Of a stretch of DNA of 64,000 nucleotides, positions 63,815 through 64,000 are shown in pieces. Location: NCBI RefSeq assembly GCF_036321535.1, contig NC_087437.1, positions 12,340,001 through 12,404,000 on the forward strand, given 5' to 3'. The notes beneath the pieces were generated by a model. That model had not been told where the DNA came from and ran no database searches. It was given only the letters and a program-made list of their open reading frames with translations. Within the stretch, counting starts at the first letter, position 1; each line of letters opens with the position of its first letter. The DNA comes from Camelus dromedarius (Eukaryota). The translations under genes were made by a program, and so were the position numbers.

Positions 63815-64000
63815 CCAAGAAGAAGAAAGAAGGGAAGAAAGAAATCCTGTTACGTGAGGAAAATTGCATTCGAATGCTGCAACTGAAACATATTGATTTT
63901 CTGGCACCAGACTTTTTAGATTAAAAATGCCAATACTAAATCCTTTCATGACCCATAGTTCATATGAAGTTCGCATGTCATTTACTATTATTCTGAAGGA

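Noticed and set aside
1..64000. Prokaryotic system (CRISPR array, operon, defence island)
   Set aside because: The sequence is CpG-depleted mammalian DNA full of MIR/L1/L2/MaLR repeats; there is no regularly spaced repeat-spacer array and no long ORF.

Overview
Mammalian (eutherian) nuclear DNA, very probably camelid: two tRNA-derived SINEs of the Vic-1 type plus young L1 3' ends sit on a background of ancestral MIR, L2, CR1/L3, L1M, MaLR/ERV LTR, Tigger1 and hAT MITE repeats. Repeat family names are from pattern recognition only; no RepeatMasker or BLAST was run. I find no intact protein-coding gene, RNA gene or prokaryote-type system, and the ORF track is almost entirely repeat-derived or chance. 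Two signals are not explained by repeats. (1) A chain of GT-AG bounded, mostly phase-compatible exon-like blocks lies on the minus strand from ~25 kb to ~4.2 kb with stops and frameshifts; one frameshift is a 17-bp tandem duplication whose removal restores an open 37-codon exon. This is a candidate decayed multi-exon gene (unitary pseudogene) that I cannot name. (2) Several local templated inverted insertions occur: 26349-26614 copied from 33089-33360, a two-template mosaic at 43085-43250, an inverted L1 patch at 58886-58965, and a 17-bp-arm palindrome at 23823. Repeat-free, motif-rich blocks at 21.7-22.7, 36.2-36.95 and 51.4-52.45 kb look like conserved non-coding elements.
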